From positions 62,001 to 126,000 of the forward strand of contig DUMO01000019.1 in the NCBI GenBank assembly GCA_012839865.1: 64,000 nucleotides of DNA, written 5' to 3'. The stretch is from Clostridiaceae bacterium. Its GTDB lineage: Bacteria > Bacillota > Clostridia > CAYPLH01 > DUMO01. The notes beneath the pieces were generated by a model that saw only the letters and a program-made list of their open reading frames with translations, had not been told where the DNA came from and ran no database searches. This document shows, piece by piece, positions 1-10,653 of the stretch. Both the position numbers and the translations under genes were made by a program. The first letter of the stretch is position 1; each line of letters starts with the position of its first letter.

Positions 1-33
1 AATTATAAAAAGATAAAAAACATCTCCAGGAAT

Positions 34-2325
34 ATGTTTGTCAAGATATTTCTTGTTTGTACATCAATCTCTTTTTTTATTGTAACAATTCTTGGCTTTT
101 ATACCCATTATTACATCCTGAAAAACTTCAATGACGAGATTGAAAGATTTGAACAGTTAAAAATCAGTGAAACCCTAAGCAATATAAAAATAATATTCAG
201 CGAGATGGAAAAGATTGTTCTGGATTATGCCATGAACAAGAAATTTATGCAATTTGCACTTCTTCCGCGGGAATATGTCTCGTTGAAGCAGGATGAAATC
301 AGAAATATACAGGACATGATGGCCAGTTCAATAAATTCCAGCAATTATATTAAAAACATTTTTGTTTATTTTGAAGATAATGGCTATATTCTGGATTACA
401 GTGCCCCAATGGATATTGACCAGTATTATGATCTGGGCTGGCTTAATGCTTACAACAGTTTTGACGAGCTTTCGGCAATTCTGGATACCCGCCAGGTAAA
501 AATACGTACTGCGGATGCGAGTGTCAATTATGAAAATATAATAACTATTATTGCATCTATTCCTTATACAAAGGGAGAGGAAAAAAAGGGCGCAATTGTT
601 TTGAATGTGGACGCAAACATTCTTTCCGACCAGTTGCGAAATATTACTCTGGGAAATAATGATTCGCTGGCATTTATGATTAACCATGAGGGGAAAATAG
701 TTGCATCCAGCGAAAATCGTTATATATTGTCAGATATATCAAAAATAATCAATGTGCCCGATTCCATCTACAGTATGGATATTGGAAGCTTTAAGCTGAA
801 ATTCGGGGACAGTGAAATGATTTCTTACTTTGAAAATACCGGGATCAATGATTGGAAGATCCTTTACCTGGTGTCTGAAAACAAGGTATACCAGAAATCC
901 ATACGTTTAAGAAATATCACATTGTTTATTTTCTCCCTGCTGTTTATTCTGGTATCAGGTATTTCATTGCTTCTGTCTATAAAGCTTTATAAACCTATCC
1001 GGAAAATAATCAACAACTTAAGGAAAATTTCAAATTTAAACAATGAAGACAGAACCGACATATCAATGATTCAGGACAGCATAGATATGCTGCTTAGCAA
1101 TAACACCTATCTGGAACAGCAGCTCAGCCAGAATAACTTATTGATGCGTGAAATGTTCTTAAGCAACCTCATTACAGGCAAGTTGTTCAACAGGATCGAG
1201 ATAATGAAAAAGGCAAGCTTCTTTAATATAGACTTCGAGTATGACTTTTTCAAGGTCGCCATCATTCAATATTCATTAAACGGTGCCGCTTATGACCTTC
1301 GGGAAAACCAACTGAAAAACCTCTCAATAATTAATATTATCAAGAAGGTATTTGACACATTGAAAATAGATACCGAATGCACCCAGGACAATGACGATAA
1401 TATACTTATACTTTTTAAATTCTACACAAACAACAACACAAATGAAACACAGGGCATTATTGACCAGTCCCTTGAGGAAATACAGGATATTTTGGTAAAA
1501 CGTCTCAACATGAAAGTTAATATCGGCATTGGTCAGGTATGTGACGATTTGTCAGGTATAGGCGTATCTTACCATGAAGCTCTGAAAGCTCTTCAGTACA
1601 AGTTCATAAAAGACGAACATTCCATAATCAACTATTCGGATATCGGAATAGATGAAAAGGAAGAATTGTATTATCCTGTGGAATATGAACAAAAAATAAT
1701 CACACTGGTAAAGCTTTGCGAATACAATGAAACCATTACTATTATAAATGCAATGATAAGTGATATAATGCAGCATAATAAGAATTTTGAGCATATTGAA
1801 GTATGTCTCAACAATATGGCAGGACTTATTCAAAGATGCGTTTATGAGCTTAATCTAAGCATAAAGGAAGTTTTCAAAGACTGCAATGATTTGAATATCC
1901 CCATTGAAAGCTTCGGAAGCATAACCAGGTTTACAGACTGGCTTGCGGATAAGATAAGAATTATAATAGATTATCTTACAGAACAGCAAAAAGACAGCGC
2001 AAAGAGTTTCACAGCCAAAATAAAGGAATACATTGACAAAAAATACACTGAAGAAATATCCCTTATCAGTGTAGCAGAGGATTTTAATTATAACGCCTCA
2101 TATTTCTGCAAGATTTTTAAAGAAAAGATTGGCGTGAGTTTCTGGGAATATGTCTCAAAAGTACGTATTGAAAAATCAAAACAGTTGTTGCTTGAAACAA
2201 ATGAAAGCATAGAAAAGGTCGCACAAATGGTAGGCTACAACAACAGGTTCAGCTATATCAGAACATTTAAAAAATATGTATCTGTCACTCCCTCCGAGTA
2301 CAGGCTGAAAAACTATTCAACTTAA
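34..2325 (+). CDS. Membrane-bound AraC-family regulator with extracytoplasmic Cache-like sensor domain
   Basis: Two hydrophobic TM segments flank a ~270-aa extracellular region (GAIVLNVD, WKILYLVS); C-terminal AraC double HTH (SYFCKIFKEKIG, GYNNRFSYIRTFKK, TPSEYR). Confidence 0.88.
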   Translation: MFVKIFLVCTSISFFIVTILGFYTHYYILKNFNDEIERFEQLKISETLSNIKIIFSEMEKIVLDYAMNKKFMQFALLPREYVSLKQDEIRNIQDMMASSINSSNYIKNIFVYFEDNGYILDYSAPMDIDQYYDLGWLNAYNSFDELSAILDTRQVKIRTADASVNYENIITIIASIPYTKGEEKKGAIVLNVDANILSDQLRNITLGNNDSLAFMINHEGKIVASSENRYILSDISKIINVPDSIYSMDIGSFKLKFGDSEMISYFENTGINDWKILYLVSENKVYQKSIRLRNITLFIFSLLFILVSGISLLLSIKLYKPIRKIINNLRKISNLNNEDRTDISMIQDSIDMLLSNNTYLEQQLSQNNLLMREMFLSNLITGKLFNRIEIMKKASFFNIDFEYDFFKVAIIQYSLNGAAYDLRENQLKNLSIINIIKKVFDTLKIDTECTQDNDDNILILFKFYTNNNTNETQGIIDQSLEEIQDILVKRLNMKVNIGIGQVCDDLSGIGVSYHEALKALQYKFIKDEHSIINYSDIGIDEKEELYYPVEYEQKIITLVKLCEYNETITIINAMISDIMQHNKNFEHIEVCLNNMAGLIQRCVYELNLSIKEVFKDCNDLNIPIESFGSITRFTDWLADKIRIIIDYLTEQQKDSAKSFTAKIKEYIDKKYTEEISLISVAEDFNYNASYFCKIFKEKIGVSFWEYVSKVRIEKSKQLLLETNESIEKVAQMVGYNNRFSYIRTFKKYVSVTPSEYRLKNYST

Positions 2326-2702
2326 CTTTACCGGAGTGCATCTTGCATTGCATGTGGCCGGCAATAGATAATTTACTTATTCAGGGCAGCCTTCACAGGA
2401 GCTTCACATTTTATGGCATGTGTCAGTTTTTGATGTTTGCCTTGAAAAACCTGTTTTTGCAATAAGCGATTACAATCAACTGATTGCCTCAAGTAGCAAA
2501 TTATCACTTTAAACAACCTCATATAAACTCACAATCTCCATTAATATTCGTTATCTTTAAATGTGGTAAAACTTTTAGGGGTGTTGCAATTCCTCGGCAC
2601 TATTTGTTTTAATATTGATTCTGCATTAATTTAAGAGTAAGCTTAAGCTAAAGCATCCGAAAGCATCAATTGTTCAAACGCAAATGGAGGAGTTAATTTT
2701 AT

Positions 2703-3881
2703 ATGCATTATGATTTTGACACCGTAATTGAAAGAAGAAATACATGTTCCTTAAAATGGGACAGTACCATAAGAAATTACAAAGACGAAGACATCCTTCC
2801 CATGTGGGTTGCAGATATGGACTTTCAAATACCGCCCGAAGTTTCTCAGGCTATCGAAAACAGAAACAGGCATGGAATTTACGGTTATATGGACGGTAAC
2901 CCGGAATCTTACGGTGAGGCTGTTGCAGACTGGGTTTATAAAAGGCACGGATGGAAAATCCGGAACGATTGGCTGGTATGCACTCCCGGTGTTGTTCCTG
3001 CATTGGGTTTTGCCATTATGGCATTTACAAATGTTGGTGACAAGGTGCTTATTCAAACCCCGGTTTATACTCCTTTTTTCAAAGTTGTCAAAAATAACGG
3101 AAGACAGTTGGTGGAAAACCAACTGGTTTTAAAAGACGGCCGTTATGAAATAGATTTTCAGGACCTGGAAGAGAAGTTTAAATCAGGAGTAAAAATGATG
3201 ATTTTCTGCAGTCCCCATAATCCTGTGGGGCGTGTATGGACACAGGATGAACTCAAAGAGTTGGGAAACCTGTGCATAAAATACAATGTGCTCATAATCT
3301 CAGATGATATCCATTCTGATATTATTTATAAAGGCAATAAACACATTCCGATTTCCACTGTATCTCCGGAACTTTTGCAAAACACGATTACCTGCATAGC
3401 AGCAAGCAAAACTTTCAATCTTGCCGGGCTGTCCACTTCAACAGTAATCATGCCCAAAGAGGACCTGAGAGCACAATATAAAAACTTCATGAGCAATCTG
3501 GGATTGCATTCGTGCAATATTCTGGGCATGGTGGCAACCGAAGCGGCATACAGGTATGGAGAGGAATGGCTGGATCAGCTCATTAATTATCTTGAAGGCA
3601 ATCTGGCTTGTTTGATGAACTACTTCAGTGAAAATATAAGCAAGATTAAAGTGATACAGCCTGAAGGGACCTTTTTGGTATGGCTCGACTGCCGCGAACT
3701 GGGCATGAGCGACGATGAACTTGCCCGATTTTTCCTGCATACGGCAAAAGTAAGGCTGAATGAAGGAAGAAGCTATGGCTCCGGAGGAGAGCAATTTATG
3801 AGAATAAATATTGGCTGCCCAAGGTCCATTTTGATGGAAGGTTTAAAAAGAATAGGAGATTCTCTCAAACAAATTAAATAA
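2703..3881 (+). CDS. patB: MalY/PatB-family PLP-dependent C-S lyase (cystathionine beta-lyase-like)
   Basis: LPMWVADMDF, CSPHNPVGRVW, SDDIHSD, AASKTFNLAGL (PLP Lys); RBS GGAGG upstream. Confidence 0.88.
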   Translation: MHYDFDTVIERRNTCSLKWDSTIRNYKDEDILPMWVADMDFQIPPEVSQAIENRNRHGIYGYMDGNPESYGEAVADWVYKRHGWKIRNDWLVCTPGVVPALGFAIMAFTNVGDKVLIQTPVYTPFFKVVKNNGRQLVENQLVLKDGRYEIDFQDLEEKFKSGVKMMIFCSPHNPVGRVWTQDELKELGNLCIKYNVLIISDDIHSDIIYKGNKHIPISTVSPELLQNTITCIAASKTFNLAGLSTSTVIMPKEDLRAQYKNFMSNLGLHSCNILGMVATEAAYRYGEEWLDQLINYLEGNLACLMNYFSENISKIKVIQPEGTFLVWLDCRELGMSDDELARFFLHTAKVRLNEGRSYGSGGEQFMRINIGCPRSILMEGLKRIGDSLKQIK

Positions 3882-3898
3882 AGAAAGGTGAGATTATT

Positions 3899-5260
3899 AT
3901 GGCTACCGGAAAAAATTGCTTTAAATTCTGTGTTGCCCAGGAAATTATCACTCCGCCAAAATCCATGTTCCCGCTGGAACTGAAAGGATTTGCCGCAAGG
4001 CAGGGCCTTTGCAGCGAAGTTTATGATGACATTTATGCAAAGGTTGTATTGCTCAGTGGAGCCAAGGACTTGCTTCTTGTGGTGCTGGACCTGACAATGG
4101 TAAATACCGAAGCCTGCCAGCAGATAAAATCAAAGATAATGGCCAAATACCCGTTATCAGAGGAGCAGATCTGGGTTACAGCCACACATACCCATTCTTC
4201 CATCGGACTTACATCAAGTGTGGAAGGATATCAGGATTATGCCTATGACAAGATAATGAAAGCTGTCGATAAATGCTATGCAAGCCTGGAATCCGGCAGT
4301 ATATACTTTGCAAAAGGTATTTCAAATGTAGGAATCAGCAGAAGACTTAAAACCCCTGACGGCAAAATAAAGTTTGCTCCAAGCTGGGACAATGAAATAG
4401 ATAAGGAAATGTTTATTCTAAAGCTTGAAGATTCAGACAACAATATTAAGTGCATTATATACAATCTCCCATGCCACGGCACGGCTTTAGGACCTTTAAG
4501 CCTTAAAATGTGCAACGACTTTATGGGTTTTGCAAATAAATATGTATCCGAAAGATTCAACGGGGCTGTTTCTATTTATCTTCCCGCCAATGGCGCTGAC
4601 GTCAAGCCAAAGGGAAGCGCAAGGAGAGATCCGGGCGGCGACTTTATGAAAGACAGTTTTATCACATGCACAATTGAGGAAACTGACAGCATTGGAAAAA
4701 GCGTGGCTGATGAAATAACAGATATTATCAACAACGGTAAGTTCTTGAAAGTAGATCCTGATTTCCGCACAAGTTACCAGGATGTTTATTTGTTCGGACC
4801 AAAACCGGATATAAAGGATGCAGAGGAAAAATTCAATGTATTTAAGATAAGACACGATGAAGAATTAAGCAAGAATGGCGAAGTCTCACACATGACGAAT
4901 TACTCCTACAACCGTTTTAAGAGGCATCTGGACAGACTGACATCAGGTGAATACAATGCAACGATACAGGTGCCCTTTGCAGAATGGTATTTGGGTAACG
5001 ATGTGAAGTTAATAGCTATAGCCTGTGAGCCTTCAAGCCAGTTGGGGCTTATGATTAAAAACATATTTAAAGACGACAAAACAATGATTATAGGATACAC
5101 CAATGGGATTATTGGCTATATATGCAACTCGGTACAGCATCTTGAGGGCGGCTATGAAGCTGAGTCCCTTATTAACCGTGGTCTTGCAGGACCTCTTCCT
5201 CCGGAAACTGACAGTGTTATCTGCAATGCGGTAAAAGCACTGCATTTTGATTTGAAATAG
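3899..5260 (+). CDS. Neutral/alkaline ceramidase-like amidohydrolase, substrate unknown
   Basis: LKGFAAR, DDIYAKVVLL, ATHTHS, CHGT, GYTNGIIGY, GGYEA motifs; no signal peptide; 17 nt after patB stop with RBS AAGGTG. Confidence 0.7.
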   Translation: MATGKNCFKFCVAQEIITPPKSMFPLELKGFAARQGLCSEVYDDIYAKVVLLSGAKDLLLVVLDLTMVNTEACQQIKSKIMAKYPLSEEQIWVTATHTHSSIGLTSSVEGYQDYAYDKIMKAVDKCYASLESGSIYFAKGISNVGISRRLKTPDGKIKFAPSWDNEIDKEMFILKLEDSDNNIKCIIYNLPCHGTALGPLSLKMCNDFMGFANKYVSERFNGAVSIYLPANGADVKPKGSARRDPGGDFMKDSFITCTIEETDSIGKSVADEITDIINNGKFLKVDPDFRTSYQDVYLFGPKPDIKDAEEKFNVFKIRHDEELSKNGEVSHMTNYSYNRFKRHLDRLTSGEYNATIQVPFAEWYLGNDVKLIAIACEPSSQLGLMIKNIFKDDKTMIIGYTNGIIGYICNSVQHLEGGYEAESLINRGLAGPLPPETDSVICNAVKALHFDLK

Positions 5261-5363
5261 TTTTTTAAACATAGAACACTTATGCACTATATATGGGTAC
5301 TTCATATATAGTAGTATCCATTGAATCAATAAATTTTATCCCTTTCTTGTATGATATGTTATT

Positions 5364-5399
5364 AAAGCCAGGGGGCTTTCTCGCCCACTGGCTTTCTTG
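5364..5399 (+). terminator. Intrinsic terminator between convergent genes
   Basis: AAGCCAG-GGGGC...GCCC-ACTGGCTT hairpin followed by TCTT. Confidence 0.55.
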
Positions 5400-5521
5400 T
5401 ATCTAATCCCAATTGATGGAACTGATTCATGAAACAAGTGCTGAAGAAAATTCATTTGAAACCGCATTTAAGACAATTGGAAAATATTCTTCTTACACCT
5501 TTCAGCTAGTGACTTTACGGA

Positions 5522-6076
5522 TCATACAGCCAATATGTACTCGGAAACCTTTGTATATATCCGTTTATTGTTTATTTGTTCGCTTTTGTATAAATAAATC
5601 CTGTCCACTTTTCCAATTTTATAATCCTTCACCCGGGATTGAAATTCCTTAAGGTCAAAATCCTCCTTAAAGACGATATCCTGTCCAATGGTTACATGGG
5701 GCCTGTATTCTCTCTTTTCTTTCGGAAATCCGATTTTATCAAGTTCCCGGTCTATTTCCTTTTGCAGGGACCGGAGTTTTTCCATTTCACCGGCAATACC
5801 TAGCCAAAGGACCCGGACATAATCTTTCCCGCTGAAGGTGCCAAGGCCGGATAATTTCAGATTGAAGGGTTCTTTTTGGGCACATACTTCCTTCATTATT
5901 TTATTTATCTCATTTTGCTGATAGGAATCTATTTCATTAAGAAACTTAAGGGTAAGATGGAAGTTGTCAACATACTTCCATCTTCCTTTGATTGCAAAGC
6001 TTTTAAGCCTTTGTTGAAGCGTTGATATTTCGTTTTTTAGATTATTATCGAAATCTATTCCAATAAAAGCTCTAAT
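5522..6076 (-). CDS. thpR: RNA 2',3'-cyclic phosphodiesterase (2H family), apparent non-AUG (ATT) start
   Basis: Frame continues upstream of the tracked Met: IRAFIGIDF...FHLTLKF...PHVTIGQ (two HxT motifs), 184 aa; in-frame TGA 6 codons upstream with no ATG/GTG/TTG between. Confidence 0.85.
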   Translation of the reverse strand: MRAFIGIDFDNNLKNEISTLQQRLKSFAIKGRWKYVDNFHLTLKFLNEIDSYQQNEINKIMKEVCAQKEPFNLKLSGLGTFSGKDYVRVLWLGIAGEMEKLRSLQKEIDRELDKIGFPKEKREYRPHVTIGQDIVFKEDFDLKEFQSRVKDYKIGKVDRIYLYKSEQINNKRIYTKVSEYILAV

Positions 6077-6199
6077 TTCCCTCAGTCCTTTTCAAACAAT
6101 CTTAATGTTCTTCGCAACTCAAGTCATGGGCTTTTGGCCAGGTCTTCGCAAATATCATGGTGTGATTGATATTAAGGAAATATTTCCACCTGTTGCCTG

Positions 6200-7888
6200 T
6201 TATCTTGCAACTCTTGCACGATGCAGCTTAGTCACGCTTTTTTCAGGAGCACCGCTAATCTCGTTTTGAGCGGCAACCAGCAAGGCTGCCCCATATTTCT
6301 CCCTCAGCCGTGGCTTTTCAATCTTCCCGGTTGGATTTCGGGGAACGCTGTCAAAGATAACTTTCCGGGGACGTTTATAACGCGGCAAAGAAGAGCAAAA
6401 TTCATTAATCTCCGCTTCAGTGCATGTTAATCCCGGTTTAAGTTCAATAATGGCGGCAGCTATTTCACCGACTCTTTTATCCGGAAGTCCAATTACTGCA
6501 GCATCCTTGATTGCAGGATGAGCCCTGAGAAAATCTTCTATCTGCACTGGATATATATTCTCACCACCGCTGATAATCACATCCTTTTTACGGTCAACCA
6601 GATAAATGAAACCATCATCATCCATTTGTGCCATGTCCCCTGTATACAGCCAGCCATCCTTCAATACTGCCTGGGTTGCCTCCGGGTCTTTGTAGTAGCA
6701 CTTCATGACACCCGGTCCTTTTACTATCAGTTCTCCCACCTGGCCTTTTGATACCGGACGGCCATTTTCATCCACAATCCTGGCTTCCCAATTATATCCG
6801 GGAACACCTATGGCACCGACTTTATGAATATTCTCAACCCCTAAATGCACACATCCGGGACCAATGGACTCACTCAAACCATAATTTGTATCATACAAAT
6901 GATTTGGAAAGTACTTCTTCCAGCGGCGAATCAGACTGGGAGGCACCGGCTGGGCACCGATATGCATCAGTCTCCACTGGGAAAGATTATAATCTTCAAG
7001 CCTTACTTCTCCTCTTTCAATTGCATCCAGTATATCCTGGGCCCAGGGTACCAAAAGCCATACAATGGTAATTTTTTCTTCGGATACGGTTCTTAATATC
7101 CACTCAGGCTTGACTCCCCTGAGCAGTACTGCCTTGCTTCCCGCAAGCAGGCTCCCAAACCAGTGCATTTTGGCACCGGTATGATAAAGCGGCGGAATAC
7201 ACAGGAAGTTGTCTTCACGGGTTTGTCCATGATGTTTTTGCTCGGTAATGCATGCTGTTATCAAACTACGGTGGGTATGCAATATTGCTTTGGGAAACCC
7301 TGTAGTTCCGGAGGAAAAGTATATTGCTGCATCATCATCCTCTGAAATTTCAATTTTTGGTGCTTCCGACGGGCAATTTGCCGTGAGCCGGTCATAACTT
7401 TCAGCAAACAAGGGACGGTTTTCCCCTGCAAAGAACAGCAATTTAATCTTTGGTATATTGGTATAAATCTGTTCCATACGACTTATAAATTCAGGTCCGA
7501 AAACCAAAGCCACAGTATCTGATAATTCCAGGCAATACTTTATTTCTTCTGCTGTATATCGAAAGTTCAAAGGAACGGCAATGGCACCGGTCTTAAGAAT
7601 GCCAAAATAGATTGGCAGCCATTCCAGGCAATTCATTAAAAGAATCGCAACTTTATCTCCTTTTTTTATTCCTCTTTTAATCAGGAGATTCGCAAAACGG
7701 TTTGCTTTCTCGTCGAAAACCTTCCAGGTCATGTCCCGGCGGTATTCCCCCGCAGGGTTGTTTTCGATAAGTTCATACTCCCGCCAGTTAATATTGTGGC
7801 GTTCCTGAAGATCCAGATTTATCTCGGTCAGGCATTTTTCAGACCCATACAATTTTGCATTGCGTGATAACAGATCGGTAATATTCAT
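6200..7888 (-). CDS. Acyl-CoA synthetase (ANL adenylating enzyme)
   Basis: YFSSGTTGFPK, NYGLSES, WLYTGD, DRKKDVIISGGENIYP, NPTGKI; start moved to ATG 7888 by RBS spacing. Confidence 0.9.
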   Translation of the reverse strand: MNITDLLSRNAKLYGSEKCLTEINLDLQERHNINWREYELIENNPAGEYRRDMTWKVFDEKANRFANLLIKRGIKKGDKVAILLMNCLEWLPIYFGILKTGAIAVPLNFRYTAEEIKYCLELSDTVALVFGPEFISRMEQIYTNIPKIKLLFFAGENRPLFAESYDRLTANCPSEAPKIEISEDDDAAIYFSSGTTGFPKAILHTHRSLITACITEQKHHGQTREDNFLCIPPLYHTGAKMHWFGSLLAGSKAVLLRGVKPEWILRTVSEEKITIVWLLVPWAQDILDAIERGEVRLEDYNLSQWRLMHIGAQPVPPSLIRRWKKYFPNHLYDTNYGLSESIGPGCVHLGVENIHKVGAIGVPGYNWEARIVDENGRPVSKGQVGELIVKGPGVMKCYYKDPEATQAVLKDGWLYTGDMAQMDDDGFIYLVDRKKDVIISGGENIYPVQIEDFLRAHPAIKDAAVIGLPDKRVGEIAAAIIELKPGLTCTEAEINEFCSSLPRYKRPRKVIFDSVPRNPTGKIEKPRLREKYGAALLVAAQNEISGAPEKSVTKLHRARVAR

Positions 7889-8059
7889 TCCAACCATCCT
7901 TCCATTCTACAAGCAGATGTTAAAAATCCGTCCTGCATAAAAAATACTAAATAAATTATAGACTAACAAATAAATATAATCAACACCTATTTTAAAAGCC
8001 TGCATTTTGTTACTGTTCAGGGGTTATCAATGTAACACAATTTATGAACATTAGCTGCA

Positions 8060-9328
8060 TTATTCTTCCTCTTCTCCATCAGCATGCGGCTCAACAAACA
8101 CTGAAACTCTTTCCACCCGCAGCCCGTCAACGTGAGTGACCGTAACAGTGAGGTTCTTGTACCTGAAGGAGTCATTTGTATTCGGAAAACCGTCCAGGTT
8201 TTCAATCGCCCATCCGCCAACAGTTGTATATTCACTCTCAAAATCCCGGTCATCCAGATCCAGATATCCCAGAAAATCATGGAGAGCCAAATCACCGCTC
8301 ACAAGATAGGTGTTTTCGCCTATACAGATAAAGTCATCCTCAATTTCATCACTTTCATCCCATATATCGCCCACCAGTTCCTCCAAAACGTCCTCCATGG
8401 TAATGCACCCCATGGTACCTCCATACTCATCGGTCACAATTGCCATTTGAAGTTTGCGTTTTTGCAATTCCTGAAAGATAGCCGGAAGTTTCATTGTCTG
8501 ATGTACAAAACAGACATCAATAAGCATTGACCTTATATCAACAGGTCCGTTATCCGCCATCTCCCTTAAAAAATATGCAGTGTGCAGGATACCTATTATA
8601 TTGTCAATAGTGCCTTCATAAACAGGGATTCGTGAATATTGCGATTCCAGGGCAATCCTTACTATATTGTCCATATCGTCGTCAACATCAATGACAACCA
8701 TATCCGGCCGGGGTGTCAGGATCTCCTGGGCGGTAATATTTGAAAACTCCAGGGCGGACTGGAGGAGTTCACTCTGCTCCTCGTCAATCACTCCGTCATC
8801 TGCAACAGTTTCAATTATTGAAACCAGTTCCTCCTCTGTTACTGACGGTTCCTTGGTGTCGCCTTTTTCCCATAGCTCTGAGAATAATGCAATTATCCAT
8901 CCTACAACTATAATTACAGGTTTAAGAATAAACATTAAGATCCTTAAAGGATATGCCACAATAAGAGCAAATTTCTCGTTGTTCTTCTTTGCTATAATTT
9001 TAGGGGAAATTTCGCCAAATATCAGAATAATTACAGTCATAACAAATGTAGATACCGCAGCCCCTGAATCTCCCATCAATCCAATGGCAATCACGGTAGC
9101 AATGGATGCAGCTCCGATATTGACAAGGTTGTTTCCAATCAGAACCGTTGGCAAAGCTTCATCAAAATTCTCAAGTATGTATAAAGAAACCCTGGCAAGC
9201 GAATTTCCCGATTCGGATAATTTTTTAAGCCTTATTTTATTTACAGAGGCGTAAGAAATTTCTGAACCTGAAAAAAATGCTGAAAAACAAATTAAAACTA
9301 TTAATGCTATAAAGGACCATATGTCCAT
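8060..9328 (-). CDS. CNNM/CorB-family protein (DUF21 + CBS pair + CorC_HlyC)
   Basis: SAFFSGSEIS, GNNLVNI, FGEISPK, YSRIPVY, DEYGGTMG, EDVLEELVG, C-terminal TVGGW. Confidence 0.88.
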   Translation of the reverse strand: MDIWSFIALIVLICFSAFFSGSEISYASVNKIRLKKLSESGNSLARVSLYILENFDEALPTVLIGNNLVNIGAASIATVIAIGLMGDSGAAVSTFVMTVIILIFGEISPKIIAKKNNEKFALIVAYPLRILMFILKPVIIVVGWIIALFSELWEKGDTKEPSVTEEELVSIIETVADDGVIDEEQSELLQSALEFSNITAQEILTPRPDMVVIDVDDDMDNIVRIALESQYSRIPVYEGTIDNIIGILHTAYFLREMADNGPVDIRSMLIDVCFVHQTMKLPAIFQELQKRKLQMAIVTDEYGGTMGCITMEDVLEELVGDIWDESDEIEDDFICIGENTYLVSGDLALHDFLGYLDLDDRDFESEYTTVGGWAIENLDGFPNTNDSFRYKNLTVTVTHVDGLRVERVSVFVEPHADGEEEE

Positions 9329-9369
9329 GATTTCAAATCAACTCCCCTGGAAGAAATACTTGGTTAATC

Positions 9370-10452
9370 TTAATTGCATTTTACCGGAACAAACCGGTTT
9401 GCTGCAGGCAAACTGCCATCCTTTTTGTTTTGTGCTTTTGCCAGTCTGACAGTTTCTTGTTTTGCCGCATCTTTTTCATCCCAGATTTCTCCTACCAGCT
9501 CTTCCAGAATGTCTTCCATGGTGACTATACCTAAAGTCCTTCCGCTATCATCATTGACAATGGCCATATGTATTTTTTTACCGCTCATCTCCCTAAGCAA
9601 ATCATCTATAGGAGTTTTTTCACTGATCATGTAAGGTTGCAAAAGCAAGCCTTCAAGATTGAAAGATTCTTGTGTCATATAGGCTTTTAAAAATGTTCTC
9701 ACATGCAGAATACCGATAATGTTGTCAATATTGTCTCTGTACACGGGCATCCTTGAAAACTTCTGTGATTTGATTTTCTGCAATACTTCCTGCCTGGTTG
9801 AGTTTGCATCCAGTGCAACAATATCATTGCGTTTTGTCAATATCTCTCCTGCGGTTTTTACATTAAACTTCAAAGCCGAATTTAAAAGTTCCTGCTTGCC
9901 CCCGTCCAGCACTCCCTCCTCCTGAACCGTTTCAATGATATCATAAAGTTCCTCTTCAGTGATTGCGGGCTCTTTGCTTTCGGGAAAGAATCGGGATATG
10001 AAGCTGCCAATGCGCGAAAAGAAAAAAGACACCGGAGCAAGTATTTTCATTAATCCTTGCAGAGATCCGGCCACCGCAAGGGCATATTTCTCGCTGTGGG
10101 CTTTGGCATAACTTTTGGGAATCATTTCGCTGAACAGAAAAATAAAAACAGCTGTAATCAAGGTAGTGTATTTAACTGCCTGCACGCCCCAAAGCCGGGC
10201 TGCAATTAAGGCCGCCAGTGAACCGAATCCAATATGCGTAATATTGTTGGAAATAAGAAGTGTAGTTAAGGCCTGATCGAAGTTTTCGGAAATTTCCAAT
10301 GCTTTAATAGCTCGTTTGTCTCCATTATCAGCATAATTTTTGATGCGAATTTTATTCAACGCTGCATATGAAATCTCGGTAGCAGCACAATATGCTGCAC
10401 CAAGTGCTAGAACGACGAGAAGGATAACTCGTATCCAACTGTCACTGTCCAT
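9370..10452 (-). CDS. CNNM/CorB-family paralogue (DUF21 + CBS pair, no CorC_HlyC domain)
   Basis: ATEISY, FSEMIPK, FSRMPVY, EDILEELVGEIWDE, then a short non-conserved tail. Confidence 0.85.
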   Translation of the reverse strand: MDSDSWIRVILLVVLALGAAYCAATEISYAALNKIRIKNYADNGDKRAIKALEISENFDQALTTLLISNNITHIGFGSLAALIAARLWGVQAVKYTTLITAVFIFLFSEMIPKSYAKAHSEKYALAVAGSLQGLMKILAPVSFFFSRIGSFISRFFPESKEPAITEEELYDIIETVQEEGVLDGGKQELLNSALKFNVKTAGEILTKRNDIVALDANSTRQEVLQKIKSQKFSRMPVYRDNIDNIIGILHVRTFLKAYMTQESFNLEGLLLQPYMISEKTPIDDLLREMSGKKIHMAIVNDDSGRTLGIVTMEDILEELVGEIWDEKDAAKQETVRLAKAQNKKDGSLPAANRFVPVKCN

Positions 10453-10653
10453 TAAATTACCAACTCCTTTATATAGAGGTTTTGTTTAATTCTTTTCAAA
10501 TTGTAATAATTAGTATACTATCAGCATGTGAAATTGTCAATATTGCAGAAAGGCAGCCATTTGAACATAACTCCTTATAGCTGCCCTCAGGATGATTTTG
10601 TCTTTTGATTTATCAGCAAAAGCTTTAGCATGCTCCTTTTTTATCATCTGTAT

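Noticed and set aside
2330..2700. SAM riboswitch or T-box upstream of patB
   Set aside because: No S-box core or T-box consensus found on either strand.
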